This document shows positions 12,001 to 24,000 of a stretch of 64,000 bases of DNA, piece by piece. Within the stretch, counting starts at the first letter, position 1. Every line of letters begins with the position of its first letter. This DNA is from Eledone cirrhosa. Lineage: Eukaryota. The position numbers and the translations under genes are program-made. The notes beneath the pieces were generated by a model. The model did not search any database and was not told where the DNA came from. It saw only the letters and a program-made list of their open reading frames with translations. The DNA is taken from the NCBI GenBank assembly GCA_964016885.1, contig OZ024755.1, positions 40,672,001-40,736,000 on the forward strand, written 5' to 3'.

Positions 12001-15000
12001 CTAGGTGTGTGCTAGGTGTGTGCTAGGTGTGTACTAGGTGTGAGCTAGGTGTGTGCTAGATGTGTGCTAGGTGTGTGTGCTAGGTGTGTGTGCTAGGTCT
12101 GTATGCTAGGTGTGTGTGTGCTAGGTGTGTGCTAGGTGTGTGCTAGGTGTGTGCTAGGTGTGTGCTAGGTGTGTGCTAGGTGTGTGTGCTAGGTGTATGT
12201 GCTAGGTGTGTGCTAGGTGTGTGTGCTAGGTGTGTGCTAGGTGTGTGTGTTATGTGTGTGCTATGTGTGTGCTAGGGGTGTGCTAGGTGTGTGCTAGGCG
12301 TGTGTGCTAGGCGTGTGCTAGGCGTGTGCTAGGTGTGTTTGCTAGGCGTGTGCTAGGCGTGTGCTAGGTGTGTGTGCTAGGCGTGTGCTAGGTGTGTGTG
12401 CTGGGTGTGTGCTAGGTGTGTGCTAGGTGTGTGTGCTAGGTGTGTGTGCTAGGTGTGTGCTAGGTGTGTGCTAGGTGTGTGTGCTAGGTGTGTGTGCTAG
12501 GTGTGTGCTAGGTGTGTGCTAGGTGTGTGTGCTAGGTGTGTGCTAGGTGTGTGTGCTAGGTATGTGTGCTAGGTGTGTGCTAGATGTGTGCTAGGTGTGT
12601 GCTAGGTGTGTGTGCTAGGTATGTGTGCTAGGTGTGTGCTAGATGTGTGCTAGGTATGTGTGCTAGGTGTGTGCTAGGTGTGTATACTAGGTGTGTGTGC
12701 TAGGTGTGTGCTAGGTGTGTGTGCTAGGTGTGTGCTAGGTGTGTGCTAGGTGTGTGCTAGGTGTGTGCTAGGTATGTGTGCTAGGTGTGTGCTAGGTGTG
12801 TGTTAGGAGTGTGATAGGTGTGTGTGCTATGTGTGTGCTAGGTGTGTGTGCTAGGTGTGTTTGTTAGGTGTGTGCTAGGTGTGTGCTAGGTGTGTGTGCT
12901 AGGTATGTGCTAGGTGTTTGCTAGGTGTATGTGCTAGGTGTGTGCTAGGTGTATGTGCTAGGTGTGTGCTAGGTGTGTGCTAGGTGTGTGCTAGGCGTGT
13001 GCTAGGTGTGTGTGCTATGTGTGTGCTAGGTGTGTGTGCTAGGTGTGTTTGTTAGGTGTGTGCTATGTGTGTGTGCTAGGTGTGTGCTAGGTGTGTGTGC
13101 TAGGTATGTGTTAGGTGTGTTTAAGGTGTGTGCTAGATGTGTGTGCTAGGTGTGTGCTAGGTGTGTGTGCTAGGTGTGTGCTAGGTTTGTGTGCTAGGTG
13201 TGTGTGTTAGGTGTGTGCTAGGTGTGTGCTAGGTGTGTGTGCTAGGTATGTGCTAGGTGTGTGCTAGGTGTGTGCTAGGTGTGTGCTAGGTGTGTGCTAG
13301 GTGTGTGCTAGGTGTGTGTTAGGTGTGTGCTAGGTATGTGCTAGGTGTGTGCTAGGTGTGTGTTAGGTGTGTGCTAGGTGTGTGCTAGGTGTGTGTTAGG
13401 TGTGTGCTAGGTGTGTGCTAGGTGTGTGTGCTAGGTATGTGCTAGGTGTGTGCTAGGTGTGTGCTAGGTGTGTGCTAGGTGTGTGCTAGGTATGTGCTAG
13501 GTGTGTGCTAGGTGTGTGCTAGGTGTGTGCTAGGTATGTGCTAGGTGTGTGCTAGGTGTGTGTTAGGTGTGTGCTAGGTGTGTGCTAGGTGTGTGTGCTA
13601 GGTATGTGCTAGGTGTGTGCTAGGTGTGTGCTAGGTGTGTGCTAGGTGTGTGCTAAGTGTGTGCTAGGTGTGTGTGCTAGGTATGTGCTAGGTGTGTGCT
13701 AGGTGTGTGCTAGGTGTGTGCTAGGTGTGTGCTAGGTGTGTGTGCTAGGTATGTGCTAGGTGTGTGCTAGGTGTGTGTTAGGTGTGTGCTAGGTGTGTGC
13801 TAGGTGTGTGTGCTAGGTATGTGCTAGGTGTGTGCTAGGTGTGTGTTAGGTGTGTGCTAGGTGTGTGCTAGGTGTGTGTGCTAGGTATGTGCTAGGTGTG
13901 TGCTAGGTGTGTGCTAGGTGTGTGTGCTAGGTGTGTGTTAGGTGTGTGCTAGGTGTGTGCTAGGTGTGTGTGCTAGGTATGTGCTAGGTGTGTGCTAGGT
14001 GTGTGCTAGGTGTGTGCTAGGTGTGTGCTAAGTGTGTGCTAGGTGTGTGTGCTAGGAGTGTGCTAGGTGTGTGTGCTAGGTGTGTGTGCTAGGAGTGTGC
14101 TAGGTGTGTGTGTTAGGTGTGTGCTAGGTGTGTGCTAGGAGTGTGTGCTAGGTATGTGCTAGGTGTGTGCTAGGTGTGTGCTAGGTGTGTGCTAGGTGTG
14201 TGTGCTAGGAGTGTGCTAGGTGTGTGTGCTAGGTGTGTGCTAGGTGTGTGCTAGGTGTGTGTGCTAGGTATGTGCTAGGTGTGTGTGCTAGGAGTGTGCT
14301 AGGTGTGTGTGCTAGATGTGTGCTAGGTGTGTGCTAGGTGTGTGTGCTAGGTGTGTGTGCTAGGTGTGTGCTAGGTGTGTGCTAGGTGTGTGCTAGGTGT
14401 GTGTGCTAGGAGTGTGCTAGGTGTGTGTGCTAGGTGTGTGCTAGGTGTGTGCTAGGTGTGTGTGCTAGGTATGTGCTAGGTGTGTGTGCTAGGAGTGTGC
14501 TAGGTGTGTGTGCTAGATGTGTGCTAGGTGTGTGCTAGGTGTGTGTGCTAGGTGTGTGTGCTAGGTGTGTGCTAGGTGTGTGCTAGGTGTGTGCTAGGTG
14601 TGTGTGCTAGGTATGTGCTAGGTGTGTGTGCTAGGTGTGTGCTAGGTGTGTGCTAGGTGTGTGTGCTAGGTGTGTGTGCTAGGTGTGTGCTAGGTGTGTG
14701 CTAGGTGTGTGTGCTAGGTATGTGCTAGGTGTGTGTGCTAGGTGTGTGCTAGGTGTGTGTGCTAGGTATGTGCTAGGTGTGTGTGCTAGGAGTGTGCTAG
14801 GTGTGTGTGCTAGGTGTGTGCTAGGTGTGTGCTAGGTGTGTGTGCTAGGTGTGTGTGCTAGGTGTGTGCTAGGTGTGTGCTAGGTGTGTGTGCTAGGTAT
14901 GTGCTAGGTGTGTGTGCTAGGAGTGTGCTAGGTGTGTGTGCTAGGTGTGTGCTAGGTGTGTGTGCTAGGTGTGTGCTAGGTGTGTGTGCTAGGAGTGTGC

Positions 15001-18000
15001 TAGGTGTGTGTGCTAGATGTGTGCTAGGTGTGTGCTAGGAGTGTGCTAGGTGTGTGTGCTAGGTATGTGCTAGGTGTGTGTGCTAGGTGTGTGCTAGGTG
15101 TGTGTGCTAGGTATGTGCTAGGTGTGTGTGCTAGGTGTGTGCTAGGTGTGTGTGCTAGGTGTGTGCTAGGTGTGTGCTAGGTGTGTGTGCTAGGTGTGTG
15201 TGCTAGGTGTGTGCTAGGTGTGTGTGCTAGGAGTGTGCTAGGTGTGTGTGCTAGGAGTGTGCTAGGTGTGTGTGCTAGGAGTGTGCTAGGTGTGTGTGCT
15301 AGATGTGTGCTAGGTGTGTGCTAGGAGTGTGCTAGGTGTGTGTGCTAGGTATGTGCTAGGTGTGTGTGCTAGGTGTGTGCTAGGTGTGTGTGCTAGGTAT
15401 GTGCTAGGTGTGTGTGCTAGGAGTGTGCTAGGTGTGTGTGCTAGGTGTGTGCTAGGTGTGTGCTAGGTGTGTGTGCTAGGTGTGTGTGCTAGGTGTGTGC
15501 TAGGTGTGTGCTAGGTGTGTGTGCTAGGTATGTGCTAGGTGTGTGTGCTAGGAGTGTGCTAGGTGTGTGTGCTAGGTGTGTGCTAGGTGTGTGTGCTAGG
15601 TGTGTGCTAGGTGTGTGCTAGGTGTGTGTGCTAGGTATGTGCTAGGTGTGTGTGCTAGGTGTGTGCTAGGTGTGTGTGCTAGGTATGTGCTAGGTGTGTG
15701 TGCTAGGAGTGTGCTAGGTGTGTGTGCTAGGTGTGTGCTAGGTGTGTGCTAGGTGTGTGTGCTAGGTGTGTGTGCTAGGTGTGTGCTAGGTGTGTGCTAG
15801 GTGTGTGTGCTAGGTATGTGCTAGGTGTGTGTGCTAGGTGTGTGCTAGGTGTGTGTGCTAGGTATGTGCTAGGTGTGTGTGCTAGGAGTGTGCTAGGTGT
15901 GTGTGCTAGGTGTGTGCTAGGTGTGTGCTAGGTGTGTGTGCTAGGTGTGTGCTAGGTGTGTGCTAGGTGTGTGCTAGGTGTGTGCTAGGTGTGTGTGCTA
16001 GGTGTGTGTGCTAGGTGTGTGTGCTAGGTGTGTGCTAGGTGTGTGTGCTAGGTGTGTGCTAGGTGTGTGTGCTAGGTGTGTGCTAGGCGTGTGCTAGGTG
16101 TGTGCTAGGTGTGTGTGCTAGGTGTGTGTGCTAGGTGTGTGCTAGGTGTGTGCTAGGTGTGTGTGCTAGATGTGTGCTAGGTATGTGCTAGGTGTGTGTG
16201 CTAGGAGTGTGCTAGGAGTGTGCTAGGTGTGTGTGCTAGATGTGTGCTAGGTGTGTGTGCTAGGTATGTGCTAGGTGTGTGCTAGGTGTGTGTGCTAGGT
16301 GTGTGCTAGGAGTGTGCTAGGTGTGTGTGCTAGATGTGTGCTAGGTGTGTGCTAGGTGTGTGTGCTAGGTATGTGCTAGGTGTGTGTGCTAGGTGTGTGC
16401 TAGGAGTGTGCTAGGTGTGTGTGCTAGATGTGTGCTAGGTGTGTGCTAGGTGTGTGTGCTAGGTGTGTGTGCTAGGTGTGTGTGCTAGGTGTGTGCTAGG
16501 TGTGTGCTAGGAGTGTGCTAGGTGTGTGTGCTAGATGTGTGCTAGGTGTGTGCTAGGTGTGTGTGCTAGGTATGTGCTAGGTGTGTGTGCTAGGTGTGTG
16601 CTAGGTGTGTGCTAGGTGTGTGTGCTAGGTGTGTGCTAGGTGTGTGCTAGGTGTGTGTGCTAGGTATGTGCTAGGTGTGTGTGCTAGGTGTGTGCTAGGA
16701 GTGTGCTAGGTGTGTGTGCTAGATGTGTGCTAGGTGTGTGCTAGGTGTGTGTGCTAGGTGTGTGTGCTAGGTGTGTGTGCTAGGTGTGTGCTAGGTGTGT
16801 GCTAGGTGTGTGCTAGGTGTGTGCTAGGTGTGTGCTAGGTGTGTGTGCTAGATGTGTGCTAGGTGTGTGTGCTAGGTGTGTGTGCTAGGTGTGTGCTAGG
16901 TGTGTGCTAGGTGTGTGTGCTAGGTGTGTGCTAGGTGTGTGCTAGATGTGTGCTAGGTGTGTGTGCTAGGTGTGTGTGCTAGGTGTGTGCTAGGTGTGTG
17001 CTAGGTGTGTGTGCTAGGTGTGTGCTAGGTGTGTGCTAGATGTGTGCTAGGTGTGTGTGCTAGGTGTGTGCTAGGTGTGTGCTAGGTGTGTGTGCTAGGT
17101 GTGTGCTAGGTGTGTGCTAGGTGTGTGCTAGGTGTGTGTGCTAGGAGTGTGCTAGGTGTGTGTGCTAGGTGTGTGCTAGGTGTGTGCTAGGTGTGTGTGC
17201 TACGTGTGTGCTAGGTGTGTGCTAGATGTGTGCTAGGTGTGTGTGCTAGGTGTGTGTGCTAGGTGTGTGCTAGGTGTGTGCTAGATGTGTGCTAGGTGTG
17301 TGTGCTAGGAGTGTGCTAGGTGTGTGTGCTAGGTGTGTGCTAGGTGTGTGCTAGGTGTGTGCTACGTGTGTGCTAGGTGTGTGCTAGATGTGTGCTAGGT
17401 GTGTGTGCTAGGTGTGTGTGCTAGGTGTGTGCTAGGTGTGTGCTAGATGTGTGCTAGGTGTGTGTGCTAGGTGTGTGTGCTAGGTGTGTGCTAGGTGTGT
17501 GCTAGGTGTGTGCTAGATGTGTGCTAGGTGTGTGTGCTAGGTGTGTGTGCTAGATGTGTGCTAGGTGTGTGTGCTAGGTGTGTGTGCTACGTGTGTGCTA
17601 GGTGTGTGCTAGGTGTGTGTGCTAGGTGTGTGCTAGGTGTGTGCTAGTTGTGTGCTAGGTGTGTGCTAGGTGTGTGCTAGGTGTGTGTGCTAGGTGTGTG
17701 TGCTAGGTGTGTGCTAGGAGTGTGCTAGATGTGTGTGCTAGATGTGTGCTAGGTGTGTGCTAGGTGTGTGCTAGTTGTGTGCTAGGTGTGTGCTAGGAGT
17801 GTGCTAGGTGTGTGTGCTAGATGTGTGCTAGGTGTGTGCTAGGTGTGTGTGCTAGGTGTGTGTGCTAGGTGTGTGTGCTAGGTGTGTGCTAGGTGTGTGC
17901 TAGGTGAGTGCTAGGTGTGTGTGTTAGGTGTGTGTGCTAGGTGTGTGCTAGGTGTGTGCTATGTGTGTGTGCTAGGTGTGTGCTATGTGTGTGGTAGATG

Positions 18001-21000
18001 TGTGCTATGTGTGTGTGCTAGGTGTGTGTGCTAGGTGTGTGCTAGGTGTGTGCTAGGTGTGTGCTAGGTGTGTGCTAGGTGTGTGTGCTAGGTGTGTGCT
18101 AGGTGTGTGCTAGATGTGTGCTAGGTGTGTGTGCTAGGTGTGTGTGCTAGGTGTGTGCTAGGTCTGTGCTACGTGTGTGCTAGGTGTGTGCTAGGTGTGT
18201 GTGCTAGGTGTGTGCTAGGTGTGTGCTAGTTGTGTGCTAGGTGTGTGCTAGGAGTGTGCTAGGTGTGTGTGCTAGGTGTGTGTGCTAGGTGTGTGCTAGG
18301 TGTGTGCTAGGTGTGTGCTAGGTGAGTGCTAGGTGTGTGTGTTAGGTGTGTGTGCTAGGTGTGTGCTAGGTGTGTGCTATGTGTGTGTGCTAGGTGTGTG
18401 CTATGTGTGTGGTAGATGTGTGCTATGTGTGTGTGCTAGGTGTGTGTGCTAGGTGTGTGCTAGGTGTGTGCTAGGTGTGTGCTAGGTGTGTGCTAGGTGT
18501 GTGTGCTAGGTGTGTGTGCTAGGTGTGTGTGCTAGGTGTGTGCTAGGTGTATGTGCTAGGTGTGTGCTAGGTGTGTGCTAGGTGTGTGTGCTAGGTGTGT
18601 GCTAAGTGTGTGCTAGGTGTGTGTGCTAAGTGTGTGCTAGGTGTGTGTGCTAGGTGTGTGCTAGGTGTGTGTGCTTGGTGTGTGCTAGGTGTGTGTGCTA
18701 GGTGTGTGCTAGGTGTGTGCTAGGTGTGTGTGCTAGGTGTGTGCTAAGTGTGTGCTAGGTGTGTGTGCTAAGTGTGTGCTAGGTGTGTGTGCTAGGTGTG
18801 TGCTAGGTGTGTGCTAGGTGTGTGTGCTAGGTATGTGCTAGGTGTGTGTGCTAGGAGTGTGCTAGGTGTGTGTGCTAGGTGTGTGCTAGATGTGTGCTAG
18901 GTGTGTGCTAGGTGTGTGTGCTAGGTGTGTGTGCTAGGTGTGTGCTAGGTGTGTGTGCTAGGTGTGTGCTAGGTGTGTGCTAGGTGTGTGTGCTAGGTGT
19001 GTGCTATGTGTTGTGCTAGGTGTGTGCTAGGTGTGTGCTAGGTGTGTGTGCTAGGTGTGTGCTAGGTGTGTGTGCTAGGTGTGTGCTAGGTTTGTGTGCT
19101 AGGTGTGTGTGTTAGGTGTGTGCTAGGTGTGTGCTAGGTGTGTGTGCTAGGTATGTGCTAGGTGTGTGCTAGGTGTGTGCTAGGTGTGTGTGCTAGGTGT
19201 GTGCTAGATGTGTGCTAGGTGTGTGCTAGGTGTGTGTGCTAGGTGTGTGTGCTAGGTGTGTGCTAGGTGTGTGTGCTAGGTGTGTGCTAGGTGTGTGCTA
19301 GGTGTGTGTGCTAGGTGTGTGCTAGGTGTGTGTGCTAGGTGTGTGCTGGGTGTGTGCTAGGTGTGTGCTAGGTGTGTGTGCTAGGTGTGTGTGCTAGGTG
19401 TGTGTGCTAGGTGTGTGTGCTAGGTGTGTGCTAGGTGTGTGCTAGGTGTGTGCTAGGTGTGTGTGTTAGGTGTGTGCTAGGTGTGTGCTAGGTGTGTGTG
19501 CTAGGTGTGTGCTAGGTGTTGTGCTAGGTGTGTGCTAGGTGTGTGCTAGGTGTGTGTGCTAGGTGTGTGCTAGGTGTGTGTGCTAGGTGTGTGCTAGCTG
19601 TGTGTGCTAGGTGTGTGCTAGGTGTGTGCTAAGTGTGAGCTAGGTGTGTGTGCTAGGTGTGTGTGCTAGGTGTGTGTGCTAGGTGTGTGCTAGGTGTGTG
19701 TGCTAGGTGTGTGCTAGGTGTGTGCTAAGTGTATGCTAGGTGTGTGTGCTAGGTGTGTGTGCTAGGTGTGTGCTAGGTGTGTGCTAAGTGTGTGCTACGT
19801 GTGTGTGCTAGGTGTGTGCTAGGTGTGTGTGCTAGGTGTGTGTGCTAGGTGTGTGCTAGGTGTGTGTGCTAGGTGTGTGCTAGGTGTGTGCTAGGTGTGT
19901 GTGCTAGGTGTGTGCTATGTGTTGTGCTAGGTGTGTGCTAGGTGTGTGCTAGCTGTGTGTGCTAGGTGTGTGCTAGGTGTGTGTGCTAGGTGTGTGTGCT
20001 AGGTGTTTGCTAGGTGTGTGCTAGGTGTGTGTGCTAGGTATGTGCTAGGTGTGTGTGCTAGGTGTGTGCTAGGTGTGTGCTAGGTGTGTGTGCTAGGTGT
20101 GTGTGCTAGGTGTGTGCTAGGTGTGTGCTAGGTGTGTGTGCTAGGTGTGTGCTATGTGTTGTGCTAGGTGTGTGCTAGGTGTGTGCTAGGTGTGTGTGCT
20201 AGGTGTGTGCTAGGTGTGTGTGCTAGGTGTGTGCTAGGTGTGTGCTAGGTGTGTGCTAGGTGTGTGTGCTAGGTGTGTGTGCTAGGTGTGTGTGCTAGGT
20301 GTGTGTGCTAGGTGTGTGCTAGGTGTGTGCTAGGTGTGTGCTAGGTGTGTGTGCTAGGTGTGTGCTAGGTGTGTGCTAGGTGTGTGTGCTAGGTGTGTGC
20401 TAGGTGTTGTGCTAGGTGTGTGCTAGGTGTGTGCTAGGTGTGTGTGCTAGGTGTGTGCTAGGTGTGTGTGCTAGCTGTGTGCTAGCTGTGTGTGCTAGGT
20501 GTGTGCTAGGTGTGTGCTAAGTGTGTGCTAGGTGTGTGTGCTAGGTGTGTGTGCTAGGTGTGTGCTAGGTGTGTGCTAGGTGTGTGTGCTAGGTGTGTGC
20601 TAGGTGTGTGCTAAGTGTATGCTAGGTGTGTGTGCTAGGTGTGTGTGCTAGGTGTGTGCTAGGCGTGTGCTAAGTGTGTGCTACGTGTGTGTGCTAGGTG
20701 TGTGCTAGGTGTGTGTGCTAGGTGTGTGTGCTAGGTGTGTGCTAGGTGTGTGTGCTAGGTGTGTGCTAGGTGTGTGCTAGGTGTGTGTGCTAGGTGTGTG
20801 CTATGTGTTGTGCTAGGTGTGTGCTAGGTGTGTGCTAGGTGTGTGTGCTAGGTGTGTGCTAGGTGTGTGTGCTAGGTGTGTGCTAGCTGTGTGTGCTAGG
20901 TGTGTGCTAGGTGTGTGCTAAGTGTGTGCTAGGTGTGTGTGCTAGGTGTGTGTGCTAGGTGTGTGTGCTAGGTGTGTGCTAGGTGTGTGCTAGGTGTGTG

Positions 21001-24000
21001 TGCTAGGTGTGTGCTGGGTGTGTGCTAAGTGTGTGCTAGGTGTGTGTGCTAGGTGTGTGTGCTAGGTGTGTGCTATGTGTGTGCTAAATGTGTGCTAGGT
21101 GTGTGTGCTAGGTGTGTGTGCTAGGTGTGTGCTAGGTGTGTGCTAGGTGTGTGTGCTAGGTGTGTGCTAGGTGTGTGCTAGGTGTGTGCTAGGTGTGTGT
21201 GCTAGGTGTGTGTGCTAGGTGTGTGTGCTAGGTGTGTGCTAGGTGTGTGCTAGTTGTGTGCTAGGTGTGTGTGCTAGGTGTGTGCTAGGTGTGTGTGCTA
21301 GGTGTGTGCTAGGTGTGTGCTAGGTGTGTGTGCTAGGTGTGTGCTAGGTGTGTGTGCTAGGTGTGTGTGCTAGCTGTGTGCTAGGTGTGTGTCCTAGTTG
21401 TGTGCTAGGTGTGTGTGCTAGGTGTGTACTAGGTGTGTGTGCTAGGTGTGTTTGCTAGGTGTGTGCTTGGTGTGTGCTAGGTGTGTGTTAGGTGTGTGTG
21501 CTAGGTGTGTATGCTATGTGTGTGCTAGGTGTGTGTGCTAGGTGTGTGCTAAGTGTGTGCTAGGTGTGTGTGCTAGGTGTGTGTGCTAGGTGTGTACTAG
21601 GTGTGTGTGCTAGGTGTGTGCTAGCTGTGTGTGCTAGGTGTGTGCTAGGTGTGTGCTAAGTGTGTGCTAGGTGTGTGTGCTAGGTGTGTGTGCTAGGTGT
21701 GTGCTAGGTGTGTGCTAGGTGTGTGTGCTAGGTGTGTGCTAGGTGTGTGCTAAGTGTGTGCTAGGTGTGTGTGCTAGGTGTGTGTGCTAGGTGTGTGCTA
21801 GGTGTGTGCTAAGTGTGTGTGCTAGGTGTGTGCTAGGTGTGTGCTGGGTGTGTCCTAGGTGTGTGTGCTAGGTGTGTGTGCTAGGTGTGTGCTAGGTGTG
21901 TGCTAGGTGTGTGCTAGGTGTGTGTGCTAGGTGTGTGCTAGGTGTGTGCTAGGTGTGTGTGCTAGGTGTGTGCTAGGTGTGTGCTAGGTGTGTGCTAGGT
22001 GTGTGTGCTAGGTGTGTGTGCTAGGTGTGTGTGCTAGGTGTGTGTGCTAGCTGTATGCTAGGTGTGTGTGCTAGGTGTGTGCTAGGTGTGTGTGCTAGGT
22101 GTGTGTGCTATGTGTGTGCTAGGTGTGTGTGCTAGGTGTGTGTGCTAGGTGTGTGCTTGGTGTGTGCTAGGTGTGTGCTAGGTGTGTGTGCTAGGTGTGT
22201 GTGCTATGTGTGTGCTAGGTGTCTGTGCTAGGTGTGTGCTAGGTGTGTTCTAAGTGTGTGCTACGTGTGTGTGCTAGGTGTGTGCTAGGTGTGTGTGCTA
22301 GGTGTGTGTGCTAGGTGTGTGCTAGGTGTGTGTGCTAGGTGTGTGCTAGGTGTGTGTGCTAGGTGTGTGCTATGTGTTGTGCTAGGTGTGTGCTAGGTGT
22401 GTGCTAGGTGTGTGTGCTAGGTGTGTGCTAGGTGTGTGTGCTAGGTGTGTGTAGGTGTGTGCTAGGTGTGTGCTAGGTGTGTGTGCTAGGTGTGTGTGCT
22501 AGGTGTGTGTGCTAGGTGTGTGTGCTAGGTGTGTGCTAGGTGTGTGCTAGGTGTGTGCTAGGTGTGTGTGCTAGGTGTGTGCTAGGTGTGTGCTAGGTGT
22601 GTGTGCTAGGTGTGTGCTAGGTGTTGTGCTAGGTGTGTGCTAGGTGTATGCTAGGTGTGTGTGCTAGGTGTGTGCTAGGTGTGTGTGCTAGGTGTGTGCT
22701 AGCTGTGTGTGCTAGGTGTGTGCTAGGTGTGTGCTAAGTGTGTGCTAGGTGTGTGTGCTAGGTGTGTGTGCTAGGTGTGTGCTAGGTGTGTGCTAGGTGT
22801 GTGTGCTAGGTGTGTGCTAGGTATGTGCTAAGTGTATGCTAGGTGTGTGTGCTAGGTGTGTGTGCTAGGTGTGTGCTAGGTGTGTGCTAAGTGTGTGCTA
22901 GGTGTGTGCTAGGTGTGTGTGCTAGGTGTGTGCTAGGTGTGTGCTAGGTGTGTGTGCTAGGTGTGTGCTATGTGTTGTGCTAGGTGTGTGCTAGGTGTGA
23001 GCTAGGTGTGTGTGCTAGGTGTGTGCTAGGTGTGTGTGCTAGGTGTGTGCTAGCTGTGTGTGCTAGGTGTGTGCTAGGTGTGTGCTAAGTGTGTGCTAGG
23101 TGTGTGTGCTAGGTGTGTGTGCTAGGTGTGTGCTAGGTGTGTGCTAGGTGTGTGTGCTAGGTGTGTGCTGGGTGTGTGCTAAGTGTGTGCTAGGTGTGTG
23201 TGCTAGGTGTGTGTGCTAGGTGTGTGCTATGTGTGTGCTAAATGTGTGCTAGGTGTGTGTGCTAGGTGTGTGTGCTAGGTGTGTGTGCTAGGTGTGTGCT
23301 AGGTGTGTGCTAGGTGTGTGCTAGGTGTGTGCTAGGTGTGTGCTAGGTGTGTGCTAGGTGTGTGTGCTAGGTGTGTGCTAGGTGTGTGCTAGGTGTGTGT
23401 GCTAGGTGTGTGCTAGGTGTGTGTGCTAGGTGTGTGTGCTAGCTGTGTGCTAGGTGTGTGTCCTAGGTGTGTGCTAGGTGTGTGTGCTAGGTGTGTGTGC
23501 TAGGTGTGTGTGCTAGGTGTGTGCTAGGTGTGTGTGCTAGGTGTGTGTGCTAGGTGTGTGCTTGGTGTGTGCTAGGTGTGTGTTAGGTGTGTGTGCTAGG
23601 TGTGTGTGCTATGTGTGTGCTAGGTGTGTGTGCTAGGTGTGTGCTAAGTGTGTGCTAGGTGTGTGTGCTAGGTGTGTGTGCTAGGTGTGTGCTAGGTGTG
23701 TGCTAGGTGTGTGCTAGGTGTGTGTGCTAGGTGTGTGCTAGCTGTGTGTGCTAGGTGTGTGCTAGGTGTGTGCTAAGTGTGTGCTAGGTGTGTGTGCTAG
23801 GTGTGTGTGCTAGGTGTGTGCTAGGTGTGTGCTAGGTGTGTGCTAGGTGTGTGTGCTAGGTGTGTGCTAGGTGTGTGCTAAGTGTGTGCTAGGTGTGCGT
23901 GCTAGGTGTGTGTGCTAGGTGTGTGCTAGGTGTGTGCTAAGTGTGTGCTAGGTGTGTGTGCTAGGTGTGTGTGCTAGGTGTGTGCTAGGTGTGTGCTAGG